From contig NW_015174991.1 of the NCBI RefSeq assembly GCF_001447785.1, positions 15,331 to 78,924 of the forward strand: DNA of 63,594 nucleotides, written 5' to 3'. Every line of letters starts with the position of its first letter. The first letter of the stretch is position 1. This DNA is from Gekko japonicus (Eukaryota). The translations under genes were made by a program, and so were the position numbers. Positions 1 to 12,107 of the stretch are shown one piece after another. The notes under the pieces are model-generated. The model did no database searches and was not told the origin of the DNA. It saw nothing but the letters and a program-made list of their open reading frames with translations.

Positions 1-257
1 GTGCTACTTCTGAGAAGGGTTATCGTTCATTCTTCCCAGCTCTAATGGAAAGGATGCTCCTAGAGTTGCCAGGTCTGGATTGGAAAATACCTGGAGACTT
101 TGGGGGTGGATCTGGGAGAGGGCGGGGTTTGGGGAGGGGAGGGGCCTCAGCATGGTACAATGCCATAGAGTCCACCCTTCAAAGCAGCCATTTTCTCCAG
201 GGGAGCACTGATCTCTGTCAGCTGGAGATCAGTTGTAAAAGCAGGAGATCTCCAGGC

Positions 258-957
258 CAATGTTCCCTCTAAGCTGTGGAGTCTTGTGAGCAATTATTCT
301 GCTTTGTGAGCTCCTGGCATTAAAGCTGTGAGCGAGTGTTACGGGCTCTCACGGGCCACCACCTTGAGGACCCCACTCTGGGTTTCTCTTACGAGGGACA
401 CTGCTCGCTTCGGGTAGTAGCGGGGACCACTTACCCACTGGCTCCGTTCTTCGTTATAACACTCTCCTGGTTCACTCCAAGGCTTTCAAAACCGGCGGAA
501 GTTAGTGACCGGACTCCGTTGTTTAACAGAAAGAAACGGCTTTACTGTGACACCTCGCCTTTCCCTCCAGCACAACCTTAGTCAGATACACGGTCCATAG
601 GTTCCAACAATTAAACCCCCATCTGGGATTCTTCCCAAAATGTGTCAGTTTCCTATGGCTGTTAACCTCCAACTGCTCTTCACCTCCTCCCTTACTCTCC
701 GTCCCCTTCTCCCCCCTTCTGTCCGTTTTCCGTCCATCAACCTCCTGAACATTCCATTTCTCCACACCGCCCCATGTCTGCACAACACCCTTCTCCAGGT
801 GTCCCCTTTTTGGGAATCTGTCACAGCGAGCGATTTGGCTACTGCATAAATGAGTTGGTTCCGGCGCCCTCCTCCCTGAGCTAAGACAAAAATGTGTGAG
901 CCAGAGGCTAAAAAACTGTGAGCTGGCTCACACTAACTCAGCTTAGAGGGCACAGTA
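258..957. mobile_element. ~205-bp hAT-type MITE (CARTGTTCCCTCTAAGCTG TIR), interrupted by a solo LTR
   Basis: TIRs plus 8-bp TSD ctccaggc (250-257 and 958-965). Roughly a dozen copies in the window, several with 8-bp TSDs. Confidence 0.8.
337..825 (-). mobile_element. Solo LTR (489 bp)
   Basis: TG...CA termini (tgttac...gtcaca) and perfect 5-bp TSD gcgag (332-336 and 826-830). AGTAAA on the minus strand near 542-547 suggests the orientation. Confidence 0.75.
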
Positions 958-1319
958 CTCCAGGCCCCACCTGGAGGCTGGCAACCCTAGATGCTCCAGG
1001 GACCTTCACCGCGATATGGAGGAATCTGGAAATGAGATCCATGCAGTACCATTTCTTAAGATCGTCAAAAAGGGCATCATGCAAGTTTTTGAGTTCTGCA
1101 GGACAGTTCATCAGGCTGATTTTTTTTCTTAAGTGGGGGAGGAGATGCCTCAGATCATGATCTTGAGGCCTCTGGTCTTCTCCTGTTGTTGAAGCAAGCA
1201 GACTGAGGAGGCGCCAGACTCTGGGTGGAGTTTCTTCCAAGCATTCTTGACCTTCTGGGAAGAAGAACATCGAAACCATGACAGCCTCCGTAGAACAGGG
1301 GGGAGGAAATGAATAGGTT

Positions 1320-1568
1320 TAAATTACAGGTGGAAAGATACTATTTGTGGATACTAGGAATTTATGTTTTCCAGTAAGAGTGGTTCAGNNNNNNNNNNNN
1401 NNNNNAGTGGAATGGGCTGCCTCAGGAGGTGGTGAGCTCCCCCTCACTGGCAGTCTTCAAGCAGTGGCTGGACGAACGTCTGTCAGGGATGCTCTAGGCT
1501 GATCCTGTATTGAGCAGGGGGTTGGACTAGATGTCCTCTACAGTCCCTTCCAGTTTTATGATTCCATC
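1320..1568 (+). mobile_element. CR1 LINE 3' end
   Basis: Typical CR1 terminal sequence (tggaatgggctgcctcaggaggtggtg...gggggttggactagatg...atgattcc). Confidence 0.7.
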
Positions 1569-3740
1569 AAATGTCTACCTAACCTTTGGAGCAATGCTCT
1601 CCCTAAGCTGTGGAGTCTTGCGAGCAAAAATTCTACTTGGTGAGCTACTGGCATTAAAGTTGTGAGCCAGAGATTTGGCTAGTGCCAGGGGTCATTTTGT
1701 AAAAAAAGAGGTGCAGGAGCTTATTAGCATAGCTCATTTGCATATCCCACACCCCCTGACATCATCGGAAGTGTGTCAGAAGGCAACACCCACTGCTCAG
1801 GCTCCACCCCAAAAATCTCTAGGTATTTCCCAACTCAGATTCAAACCTGGATCTCCCAAATCTGTGTCTGGAACATTAACCACTACACGGCAGCAGCACA
1901 GAGTCCTCTGGGTGGCCCGGAGAGTTGGGGGGCTGGGCTGCCAAGGAAGTCGGGGGGCCTTAGCAGGAAGTCGGGGGGGGGCAGGCCTGACTTGTTACTC
2001 CCAGAATGCCGTTCCTGCTCAAAATGACCCCTGGCCTAGTGCATAAATTACTTTGCTTGGGAGCCATCCTTCTTGAGCGAAGACAAAAATCTGTGAGCTG
2101 AAGGCTGAAACACTGTGAGCTAGCTCACGCTGACTCAGCTTAGAGGGAACACTCCTCTGGAGTGCAGAGCCTGAGGGCGGCTGGCTAGCTCAGAAGGAGT
2201 ATTCTTCCACGCAGGGCTATTTTTGGGCAGGAACGCACAGGAACGGAGTTCCGGCTGGCTCCTGAGTTGGCCACGCCCAGCAGGAACTCAGCATAATAGG
2301 CCACACCCAAGAGCAGAAACTCATTAGGATTGGCTACATTAGGGGTGTGTGGCCTAACATGCAAAGGAGCTCCTGCTACAAAAAAGGCCCTGGGTTTTGA
2401 CAACAAACAAGGTAAACAGAATAAGAAGCAAAAGGTGGGTGTGGCTGGATGGCCACACTTCTGGTAACATGGGGGTGCAGCCTAATGTGCTAATGAGCTG
2501 TGCTGTCAGGGGTGTGGCCCAATACGCAAATGAGTTTCTGTTGTTGGGTGTGGCCTATTATGCTAATGAGTTCCTGCTGTCAACCAAAATGACACTGCAC
2601 AGTCTGGAAGGAGTCTACAATGAACCAAGTCTGAACAGCAGGTTGTGAAAGGACACATGCAGCCTACCGGCCACCAACTGGCCTTCCCCAGTCAAAATCC
2701 TGGCTCTGTACAATCCCAGTGCAGGCCACGGTAGGGACTCAAAGAGGCAGCTGGCGTAGGAGAGGAGAAGGATGAGGAGGAGAGATGGAAGGAACAGATA
2801 AGAGGTAAGAGGAAAGGGGGTGAGTTGATGCAGAGGTGGCTTTCACTTTACAAATAAAAGCTTGTGGCTGCATAAGCAGGGGTCATTTGGGGGGGGGGGG
2901 CGGGGGGGGGCGCCCTCCCCCCGGGGGGGGGGGGGGGGGGGAGGGTGTGGCATATGCTAATGAGTTATGCTAATGAGTCCCCCTAGCTCTTTTTCTACGA
3001 AATGACCCCTGGGTGTGGCCTAATATGCTAATGAGCTGTGGCCTAATATGCCCTGAGCCCGTTCACGGGGTAGGGCGGGGTAGAAATACTCGAATAAAAT
3101 AAATAAATAAAATAAAAATAATGAGTTCCTGCTGTTGGGTGTGGCCTGTTATGCTAATGAGTTCCTGCTGGGCTTTTTCTACAAAAAAAGCCCTGAAATC
3201 ATCTCATTTAGTGGAGAAGAGGCAGGATCTGCTGGTGTCATGATCATTCTACACACAGGGTTCCTTTTCAAATCTCCAGGTGGGGCCTGTCGATCTCCTA
3301 GAATTACAACTGATCTCCAGACCACAGAGAGGAATGGCTGCTTTGGAGGGTGGACTGTATGGAATAGTCCAACCACAAGTGAGCAATACTGCATTACACT
3401 GATCAGCTTGGAGGAGGAAGAGGAGTAGTAGTTGGTTTTTATGCCCTGCTTTTCACTACCTGAAGGAGTCTCAGAGCGGCTTACAATCACCTTCCCTTCC
3501 CCTCCCCACAACAGACACCCTGTGAGGTAGGTGGGGTTGAGAGAGCTCTGAGAGAACTGCTCTTGAGAGAACAGCTCTGAGAGAACTGTGACTGACCCAA
3601 GGTCACCCAGCTGGCTTCATGTGGAGGAGTGGGGAAATCAAACCTGGTTCCCCAGATTAGAGTTTGCGGCTCTTAACCATTACACCAATGTCCAGCTTGT
3701 ATATAGCTAAATTAGTGCCTCTTCATAAATACTTATGCAC

Positions 3741-4120
3741 AGGGGTCATTTCGTAGAAAAAGAGGTGCAGGAGCTCATTAACATAACTCATTAGCATATG
3801 CCACACACCCTGACACCACCGGAAGTGTGTCAGAAGGCAACACCCACCACTCAGGCTCCACTGGACTGTTTTGGATTCCTAAGTATGGGGGGGGGGGACG
3901 TGCAGACCTGTCCTCGCAGAGGAGGGAGAGCTTGAACTTGAATAAAGGTGCCACTAGACTGTTTTGGACCGGGGGGGAGCTCTGCAACTTACCTGGCTGC
4001 TTCTTGCTCTGACTGAGGGCTGCTGGGAACAGGGGGCGGGGCTTGTTGCATGTGCCCGCCCCCTGGGCTCTTTACTGCCGGAGCTCCGCTCCTGTGCGCT
4101 CCGGCAGGAAATGACCCCTG
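3741..4120. mobile_element. hAT-type MITE (CAGGGGTCATTT TIR)
   Basis: caggggtcattt...aaatgacccctg termini. Related copies at 1686-2033, 2877-3011, 10081-10242 and 12809-13416. Confidence 0.7.
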
Positions 4121-5080
4121 GACCTGGAGATTGCATGGGATTACAGCTGATCTCCAGCTGACAGAGATCAGCTCCCCTGGAGGAAATGGATGCTTGGAGG
4201 GTGGACTCTGTGGCATTGTTCTCCACTGAGGTCCCTGTCCTCCCCTGGCTCCATCCCTAAACCTCCAGGAGTTTCCAAACCTGGATCTAGCAAACTTACC
4301 CATCCCCTGCTGATGGCCAGGGGGGACCTGGTAACCCTGACTGGTTCATTGTTGTTATTAATTAATATTGTACCTATGATTGTATGTGCAAAGATTTGCT
4401 GCTCTGGATATTGGAAGGTATTTGCAATGTTCCCTCTAAGCTGTGGAGTCTTGTGAGCAAAACTTCTACCTTGTGAGCTACTGGCATTAAAGTTGTGAGC
4501 AAGCAATTCGGCTACTGCATAAATTAGTTTGCTCTGGAGCCCTCCTTCCTGAGCTGAGACAAAAATGTGTGAGCCAGAGGCTAAAAAACTGTGAGCTAGC
4601 TCACACTCACTGAGCTTAGAGGGAACACTGATTGTCAGTCTCAAGGGAGAGAAGGCGGCATGGTCTGGCCCGATCTCGTCAGCTCTCAGATGGGAGGCCA
4701 CCAAGGAAGGCTCTGCAGAGGGGGGGCCGTGGCAAAACCGCCTCTGCTCCTCACTATCCTGGAAAGCCCCTTGCTGGAATTGCCAGAAGTCGGTCGCGAC
4801 CTGACAGCCCTTACCCACAGTATTGCCAATCTCTCAAACTTCTGAATGGGAGAATAATTTCCGATCACACGGCTTTGAATGATACGAAGGTGAAGGAAGG
4901 CAGGCTGGGCCACAGTGAAACAATACATTCAAAACCGGAGGTTCTTTATTAGATGGTGGTGAAAAAAATATTCAGGTATGACTCATAAGTAGGTGTGAAT
5001 ACGCATTTAACAATCAGAGAGAGGATGTGTCTGTCGACATTTACGATACATCTGCGTTTTGACCCATGTATTGTCAGAGC

Positions 5081-5277
5081 GGAGCTGCGGTGGCTCAACT
5101 GGTTAAGACGCTGAACTGCAGGCTGTGGAAGGTCAGTAGTTCAGCAGTTCGAGACCCGGGTGCCGCATGATGGAGTGAGCTCCCGTCTCTGGTTCCAGCT
5201 CCTGCCAACCTAGCAGTTCGAAAGCAAGAAATTGCAAGTAGATAAATAGGGACCACTTCGGTGGGAAGGTAACAGCC
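5081..5277 (+). mobile_element. Sauria SINE, 3'-truncated
   Basis: Shares the ccagctcctgccaacctagcagttcgaaagc core with the full-length copy at 27533-27880. Confidence 0.75.
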
Positions 5278-6463
5278 TTTAAAATTTCCCGAAATTTTAC
5301 ATCTCTAAATGAGTTGCATAATTTTTTTCAGTATTTTATTATTTATCTATCTATCTATTTATCAGCCCTTCCAGCTGAGGCCGGCTCATGGTGGCTTACA
5401 TAAAAGAATAAAACACATCACTACCAATTTAAACAATCCTCTAAACAATCCTCTAAAATAATCTAAAAACATTCCAACATTATAAAGTTGCTACGGACGT
5501 TAGATAATACTGGTAATAATCATGTTATTAAACAATGGCGACCATCAGTCAATAATGTATTCTGGTGATTGGCCCACAGCTCTAATCCCTTATACGGCTG
5601 GCACAGGCTGTTGTTAATGGCTCCAGGGGGACAGGGTTCTCTACCTTTCAACTTTTGTGCGTGTGCTCATGCCTGGAAGTCATGGTGACCTCTGGCAACT
5701 CCTACTGGGGCACGGAGGACATTCAGAGAAGTGCCTTGATAGCCTGTCTCTGGCCTCCTGGCCCTGGTATTCCTTGGAGGTCTCCCATCCAAATACTTGC
5801 CAGAGTTGGCCCTGCTTAGCTTCCGAGATCTGACGAGATTGGGCTTGCCTGGTCTATAGCCAGGTCAGGGTGAGTTGTATAAATTGGACCCTTTGGTGAG
5901 GTGTGAGCATACAACGCTGCACTGTGACAATGTACATGAGAAACCTCAGAGGTTGGTTGCTGTGAGGGGCCAGATGGAGAGTGCATATCACTCCCATTCT
6001 GCAATCACTCCGTTGGTTACTGGGCTCATTTTAAGGGACTGGCTATCAGATAGCCTTGGTCCCTCACAGCTGCAGGACCGCCAGTTTGGTGTAGTGGTTA
6101 GGAGCACAGACTCTAATCTGGGAGAACCGTGTTTGACTCCCCACTCCTCCACATGCAGCTGCTGGTGTGGCCTTGGGTCAGTCACAAGTTCTTTCAGAGC
6201 TTTTCTCTCAAGGGCATTTTCGAGAGAGCTCTCTCAGCCCCACCCACTTCACAGGGTGTCTGTTGCGGGGAGGGGAAGGGAAAGGCGATTGTAAGCTTCT
6301 CTGAGACTCCTTCGGGTTGTGAAGGGCGGGNNNNNNNNNNNNNNNNNNNNNNNNNNNNNNNNNNNNNNNNNNNNNNNNNNNNNNNNNNNNNNNNNNNNNN
6401 NNNNNNNNNNNNNNNNNNNNNNNNNNNNNNNNNNNNNNNNNNNNNNNNNNNNNNNNNNNNNNN

Positions 6464-6598
6464 TCCTCTCCTTCTTCTTCTCCTGCTCCTTCTTCTTGCC
6501 GTCCTTCTTCTCCTTCTTCCTCTCCTTCTTCTTCTTCTCCTTCTTCCTCTCCTTCTTCCTCTCCTTCTTCTTCCTCTCCTTCTCCTCCTCCTCCTTCT
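6464..6598. repeat. (CTT/CTC)n simple repeat next to an assembly gap
   Basis: Read directly; it extends the tail of the CORE-SINE at about 6075-6330. Confidence 0.9.
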
Positions 6599-7050
6599 AG
6601 AATCAGGGTTGCCAGGAACTATTGTCTCTGCTTCTTCCCATGAAGCTATTACAATAACTATTAATTTGTGTTTAGGCTGATGTCTGTTCAGAGGAATGTC
6701 AATATTCCGTAAGGCCACATAGCAGAACACAGCACTGTATAATGAGCATAGAAGTTGGCGTTCAAAACCTAAGCTTCCAGTCCTCATGATTACAAAGAGA
6801 GGCTTGGAAATGTGTGAACAATGCCTAGTGCAAGTGTAGAAGCGTCAGGAACTGAGTAGGTTTCCTAGCAGTCAGGGAAGGGAGGGCAGAGCTTCTGTAC
6901 CCTGTGAAGCCCTTGGCTTCCCTCTAAAGGCTGACAAAAAAAAGGAACAGATTAGGCAGAACTGCATGCTCTAGGTAGGCAGCAGGATTCTTGACCCAGA
7001 ACTGGGGTGGTTTTCGTTTATAATCTTCAGATTTTTAGAGGGCATCCGCA

Positions 7051-7715
7051 ACCTGAGCTGGATGGCTTGTCAGATCTCAGAAGCTAAGCCGGGTCGGCCT
7101 TGGTTAGTCCTTGGATGGGAGACCACTAAGAAAGCCCAGGGTTGCTACGCAGAGGCAGGCAAGGACAAACCGCCTCTGTTTGTCCTTGCCCTGACCTGGA
7201 TGGCCCAGGCTTAGCCTGATCTCATCACAGCTTGGAAGGTAAGCAGGGTCAGCCCTGGTGAGTACTCGGATGGGGGACCTCCAAGGAAGTCCAGGGTTGC
7301 TACGCAGAGGCAGGCAATGGCAGACCACCTCTGAACATCTCTTGCCTTGACCTGGATGGCCCAAGCGAGGCTGATCTCATCGCAGCTTGGAAGCTAAGCA
7401 AGATGGACCCTGGTGAGTACTCGGATGGGAGACCTCCAAGGAAGTCCAGGGTTGCTACGCAGAGGCAGGCAATGGCAGGCCACCTTTGTTCGTCTTCGCC
7501 CTGACCTGGATGGCCCAGGCTTAGTCTGATCTCATCTCAGCTTGGAAGCTAAGCAGGGTCAGCCCTGGTGAGTACTCGGATGGGAGACCTCCAAGGAAGT
7601 CCAGGGTTGCTACGCAGAGGCAGGCAATGGCAAGCCACCTCTGAACATCTCTTGCCTTGAAAACCCTACAGGGCTGCCATGAGTCGGCTGTGACTTGACA
7701 GCACTTTCCACCACC
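7051..7715 (+). mobile_element. Head-to-tail array of four 5S rRNA-derived SINE units
   Basis: Each ~150-bp unit has the 5S internal segment (gaagctaagcagggtc...agtactcggatgggagacc) fused to a Bov-B/RTE-like gcaatggcaaaccac tail. Only the last unit has the complete tail. Confidence 0.8.
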
Positions 7716-8185
7716 AATCGTATACCGACATAGCCCTGTCTGTACTTACCAGTGGCTGCCATTGCCTTGGGAAAGAGCAGATAGAGCAGTTACTGCATGT
7801 GTTCATCGGACGGTGGGATGTGTGGATCTCTGATGTTCATTGAGCCCTGCAGACTGTCACACGCTTCCCCCCCCCCAGCAGGAGATACTCCAGGAGGAAA
7901 ACAAAACAGGACTCCAGTGACAACTTAATGACTGATAAAATATATCCCAGCCTATGCTTTTATGAGATAAAGCCCTCTTCATCAGATGCATGTAGTGTCC
8001 ACCCATGGGGCAGATGCATTTATATTAAAAGGCTGCAAACAGAAGGGGGGAGGAGAGAAATGTTAGAAAGAGAGGCCAATTTAAAAGACCATCCAATCAA
8101 AAGAGGGCTCGCTCAATGCAGCCAAAGCGGGAGAGGACCACGCTAGAATTACCAACCAGGAGCTTTGATGGTTTACAAAGCGATG

Positions 8186-8204
8186 CACTGCCCTCCAGTG
8201 GCCA
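8186..8204 (-). promoter_or_regulatory. Candidate CTCF site
   Basis: Reverse complement tggccactggagggcagtg closely fits the CTCF core consensus. Confidence 0.5.
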
Positions 8205-8225
8205 AATAGGTAAACTGTTTGTGCG

Positions 8226-8795
8226 TTAAAGGGCCCTCAAGTCACTTCCGACATAGGGCATGCCTATGAATAATGACCTCCCAAAAATTCTATCGTTAGC
8301 AGCCTTGTTCAGGTCTTGCAAACTGAGGACCGTGGCTTCCTTGATTGAGTCCATCCATCTCATGTTGGGTCTTCCTCTTTTCCTGCTGCCTTCGACTTTT
8401 CCTAGCATGATTGTCTTTCCCAGTGAGTCTCGCCTTCTCACAATGTAACCAAAGTATGATAGCCTCAGTTGAGTCCTTTTAGCTTCTAGGTGCAGGTTTG
8501 ATTTTTCTTATTTTTTTCTTCTTTTTGGCGGTCCACAGTAGCCGTAAAACTCTCCTCCAACACCCCATTTCAAAGGAAAACTTTCTTCCTGACAGCCTTA
8601 CTTATTGTTTCATACCCGTACCTAGTAATGGAGAACATTATGACATGAATTATCTTGAGCTTGGTCACCACCAGCAACACATCCTTACCCTAATGATCTG
8701 CTCTAGCTCCTTCATGGGTGCCCTCTCCAGTCTCAAATCTCCTTCTGATTTCTTGGTTGCAGCAGTCTCCCTTGAGGTTGATGACGGAGCCAAGG
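8226..8795 (-). mobile_element. RTE/Bov-B-type LINE 3' fragment
   Basis: Translation MRRRDSLGKTIMLGKVEGSRKRGRPNMRWMDSIKE is the characteristic RTE ORF C-terminus. A second fragment lies at about 36420-36560. Confidence 0.8.
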
Positions 8796-10500
8796 AACAG
8801 AAACTGTGTGAGCCAGAGGCTAAAAAACTGTGAGCCAGCTCATGCTAACTCAGCTTAGAGGGAACACTGGTCATGAGACAGAACCAGGCAATGGCAAATG
8901 ACCACTGAAGATCTTTTGCCTCGAAAAGTCTACTAGGTTGCCATAAATCAGCTGTGACTTGTTGGCAACAACAGCAACAACAAATGGGGGTAGAAGCTGA
9001 TCGTCGTGATATTATTGATTACGGGGTTTTTAATTGTAATTTTTATGCTTTTCATTGTGTCAAAGGGCTGTCCTTTTATTTTGATTTTTCTCCTTTATGA
9101 AAGATGGTCAACAGCCTCGATCCACCAGATGGTGTGTTGGGATAAATGCATGAAGTCAATCAACAATTGCTTCCATACACATCCCTTGAAAAAGAAAATC
9201 CCCGTGTTTAGCCTGCTGGTCACGTTTCTGGCTAAGCCATTTCAAATGACAGTTCTGGGGTGAAGATAGGAGAGCGTTGCATACCCCTTGCGACATGCCG
9301 CCTAAGCACGTTATCTCGGTCTCCCATCACTGGCTTCTGGGAAGGTTGTGTTGACACCCCTCCCACCACACTGGTGGTTTGGCTTTTACCATTTCAGCTG
9401 CATAACTGGTTAACCACCCCCACCAAATCTAGCCCCACCTGCCCTGCTGTGGCCCACCAGGTGCTTTCCTAGGCAGCGAAAGCTGGGAAAGCTTCTCGAC
9501 TCTTTGGTGGGCCAGCCTACACACTTGGGTGTAGGGTTGCCAACACCCTGGAAACCTCCCAAAATTACAACTGATCTCCAAATGACAGAGGTCAGTCTAG
9601 GGTTGCCAGCTCTGGGTTGGGAAGTCCCTGGAGATTTTGGGGGTGGAGCTGGAAGAGGGCAGGTATAATGTCATACAGCCCACCCTCCAAAGCAGCCATT
9701 TTCTCCAGGGGATCTTGGTCACCTGGAGATCAAGTATAATAGCGGGAGATCTCCAGGTACCACCTGGAGGCTGGCAACCCTAGGATCCCCTGGAGAAAGT
9801 GGCCAGTTTGGAAGATGAGATCGCCCCCCCCAAGCCCTGCTCTACTCCAGGCTCCACTCCCCCATCTCAGGGAGTTTCTTAACCCGGAGTTGGCAACCCC
9901 AGGCTTGGCTCAGAGGGGTGCTATATCTGTGCAGGCCCGAGCTAGGATTTCAAGAGCACCAAGCACCATTATATGGGAGTTTTCTGCATTGCTGGTAAGG
10001 TTGCCAGCTCTGGGTGGTGAAGTTTCTGGAGATTTTGGAGGTGGCTCCTGGGGAGGGACTTCAGCAGGGTATAGTGCCATCAGGGTTCATTTAGTAGAAA
10101 AAGAGGTGCAGGAGCTCATTAGCATAATTAGCATGCCTCGTTTGCATATGCCACACACCCCTGACATCACCGGAAGTGTGTCAGAAGGCAACACCCACCG
10201 CTCAGGCTCCACTGGACTGTTTTGGATTGCTAGTTATGACCCGAGTGCCATAGAGACCAATGTCCCAAGCAGCCTTCCCCCCCCCCAAAGGAACTGATCT
10301 TCATCACTTGGAGACCAGTTGTAATTTCAGGAGATCTCCAGTCACCACTCGGTAGTTGGCAGCCCTCATGCCAGGGATGTGCCATTGTTCTAATTTCGAA
10401 GGGCAGGAAGAGTAGAGAGCCCCCTCAAATAAAAGAGGAAGCCACGTTGCACTCTCTCCTGATCCAGGCAGTTTATAGATACATGAAATAAAGGGGTTGT

Positions 10501-10711
10501 GGGGAGGGCCTGTGGCTCAGTGGTAGAGCATCTGCTCTGCATGCAGAAGGTCCCAGGTTCAATCCCTGGTGCCTCCAGATAAATGGGGTCAGGGAGCAGG
10601 TCATGTGAAAAACCTTGGAGAGCAGCTGCCAGTCTGAGTAGACGATACTGAGCTTGATCGAACTAGTGTCTTATTTACTAAAAGGCAACTTCGTGTGTGT
10701 GTGTGTGTGTG
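10501..10711 (+). mobile_element. tRNA-derived SINE with (GT)n tail
   Basis: A box tggctcagtgg and B box ggttcaatccc, then a non-tRNA body. An inverted relative lies at about 47880-48060. Confidence 0.7.
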
Positions 10712-10815
10712 CGTACGCATGTATGCGTGCTCAGATCAGTCCAGGAAATAAACAGCCCTCCACCCAGTGACTCAGCAAGGCAGGTAGTCAGCTCCTATCA
10801 AGATCGGGGGAGAAC

Positions 10816-11057
10816 GGATGTGAGGGTGATGTGGCTGCGACATCTGTCGCCCCATTGATCGCCAGGGTTGATTCGGCTGAACTAGCTGGCTAGACAGGGG
10901 TCCCCTACCCTCCCTCACTGCTCCATGTGCGTCCCTCCTGAAGCTGCATGCCCGGTCGAAGAGGACGACCACCCCAGATAGAACGAGTGTACCGTTCTTC
11001 ATTCAAGGGTATACAATAGCTGCGCTCCCCTGCTAGAACCTCCCAACAAGCTCAAGG
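10816..11057 (+). pseudogene. RN7SK: 7SK snRNA retropseudogene, 3'-truncated
   Basis: Begins at the 7SK 5' end (ggatgtgagggtgatgtggctgcgacatctgtc) and follows vertebrate 7SK to ...ctagaacctcccaacaagctcaagg. Lacks the last ~90 nt, a T-run terminator and an upstream TATA. Flanked by the 10-bp direct repeat gggggagaac (10806-10815 and 11060-11069). Confidence 0.92.
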
Positions 11058-11080
11058 GAGGGGGAGAACAAAGCCTAGAC

Positions 11081-11503
11081 CAAGGATGTCAAACATGCAT
11101 CCCAGGGGCCAGATCAGGCCCCCAGAGGGTTTCCATCAGGCCCGCAGTGGAACTGGCCATCTCCTGCTTCCAGTTCTGCTGCTACTGCTGCATCATTGCT
11201 TGCTTCTCCAGACTCTCTTAATCACTCACCTCTTAATCATGTTTTAACCTGGGCCCTGGACTCAGAACTCTGAGCGTGAGATTTCTGTGGTGAAGGTCAA
11301 TAAATCAAAAATAGGTTTGCAGCTTACAGAGCTAATGTTTTAAGCATGTTTTTAATTTTAAATATTTTTTTGTGTGTGTTTGTGTCCTTTATAAAGTTTA
11401 TATTTCCACTACCTGGCATTACATTTTACACACATGGCCCAGCCCAACAAGGTCTCATTTACATCAGATCCGGCCCTCATAACAAATGAGTTCGACACCC
11501 CTG
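11081..11503. mobile_element. hAT (Charlie-like) MITE
   Basis: caaggatgtcaaac...gttcgacacccctg termini with 8-bp TSD gcctagac. Confidence 0.7.
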
Positions 11504-12107
11504 GCCTAGACCTCTGCTCCATTTCCTCTCCCCTCCCATCTCTGCAGTCCTGCCTGTCTGCCAGTGGATACATGTAGCATTTCCTTCAGTCCCCTGCAGA
11601 GCACGCAGGCCGGCTGGTATGTCTATCTTTTATGGAAAGAAGGGCCATAGTTCCTGAGTCATCTGTCAGCAATCCTGCCTGTCTGCCTGTGGATGCAAGC
11701 AAAGGGTTGCCATTAGCCTAGCACGTCACACAGCCTCAGGTGAATGACATCTTATTCGCCCACATTTTTAGTCACACCTTTGTTGCACATGTCTGTTCTT
11801 TGTGGCTAATTTTGCTGGGGTTTTGTTGCGGGTTTTCCCAGTTTTGGGGGGCTAGATATTTGTTGTTGTTTTTTGAAATATTTCTTGCACATTTAACTTT
11901 TTAGTCTACCATTTTATTGTGTTCCCCCCCTGCATTATTTGTTGCATTTTGCAACAGTTTTGTTTAAAATATTTTCTCCAGGTTATTTGGTCTTTTTTAT
12001 TTGCCTTTTGTCACTTTTGTGGGGTCTGGTTTCTCACCATTATTTTGTAATTCTTGTTGTTCAGTTGCACAGTCGAGTCCAACTCTTGCTTTCTGGAAAA
12101 AAAATTG

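Larger units (their letters stand above)
61..989. mobile_element. hAT-type MITE (TAGGGTTGCCA termini), host of nested insertions
   Basis: Termini tagagttgcca...tggcaacccta with 8-bp TSD gatgctcc (53-60 and 990-997). Related copies near 4120-4340, 9532-9900, 9997-10367, 40980-41188, 48634-48843, 52350-52580 and 60380-60525. Confidence 0.75.

Noticed and set aside
938-1279. 113-aa ORF as a gene
   Set aside because: It runs into a MITE and I recognise no family; kept only as a weak note in the nested-insertion finding.
2888-2941. Long poly-G tract as a G-quadruplex element
   Set aside because: It lies inside a MITE and looks like low-quality homopolymer sequence.
6129-6787. Poly-Leu / protamine-like poly-Arg ORFs
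   Set aside because: Translations of a (CTT/CTC)n repeat plus an N gap and SINE sequence.
7051-7715. 5S rDNA array
   Set aside because: The 5S 5' and 3' ends are replaced, there is no T-run terminator, and each unit is fused to a LINE-like tail, so these are SINEs.
10501-10580. tRNA-Ala-like gene
   Set aside because: It has A and B boxes but a poor acceptor stem, continues into a SINE body and (GT)n tail, and has a related copy near 48000.
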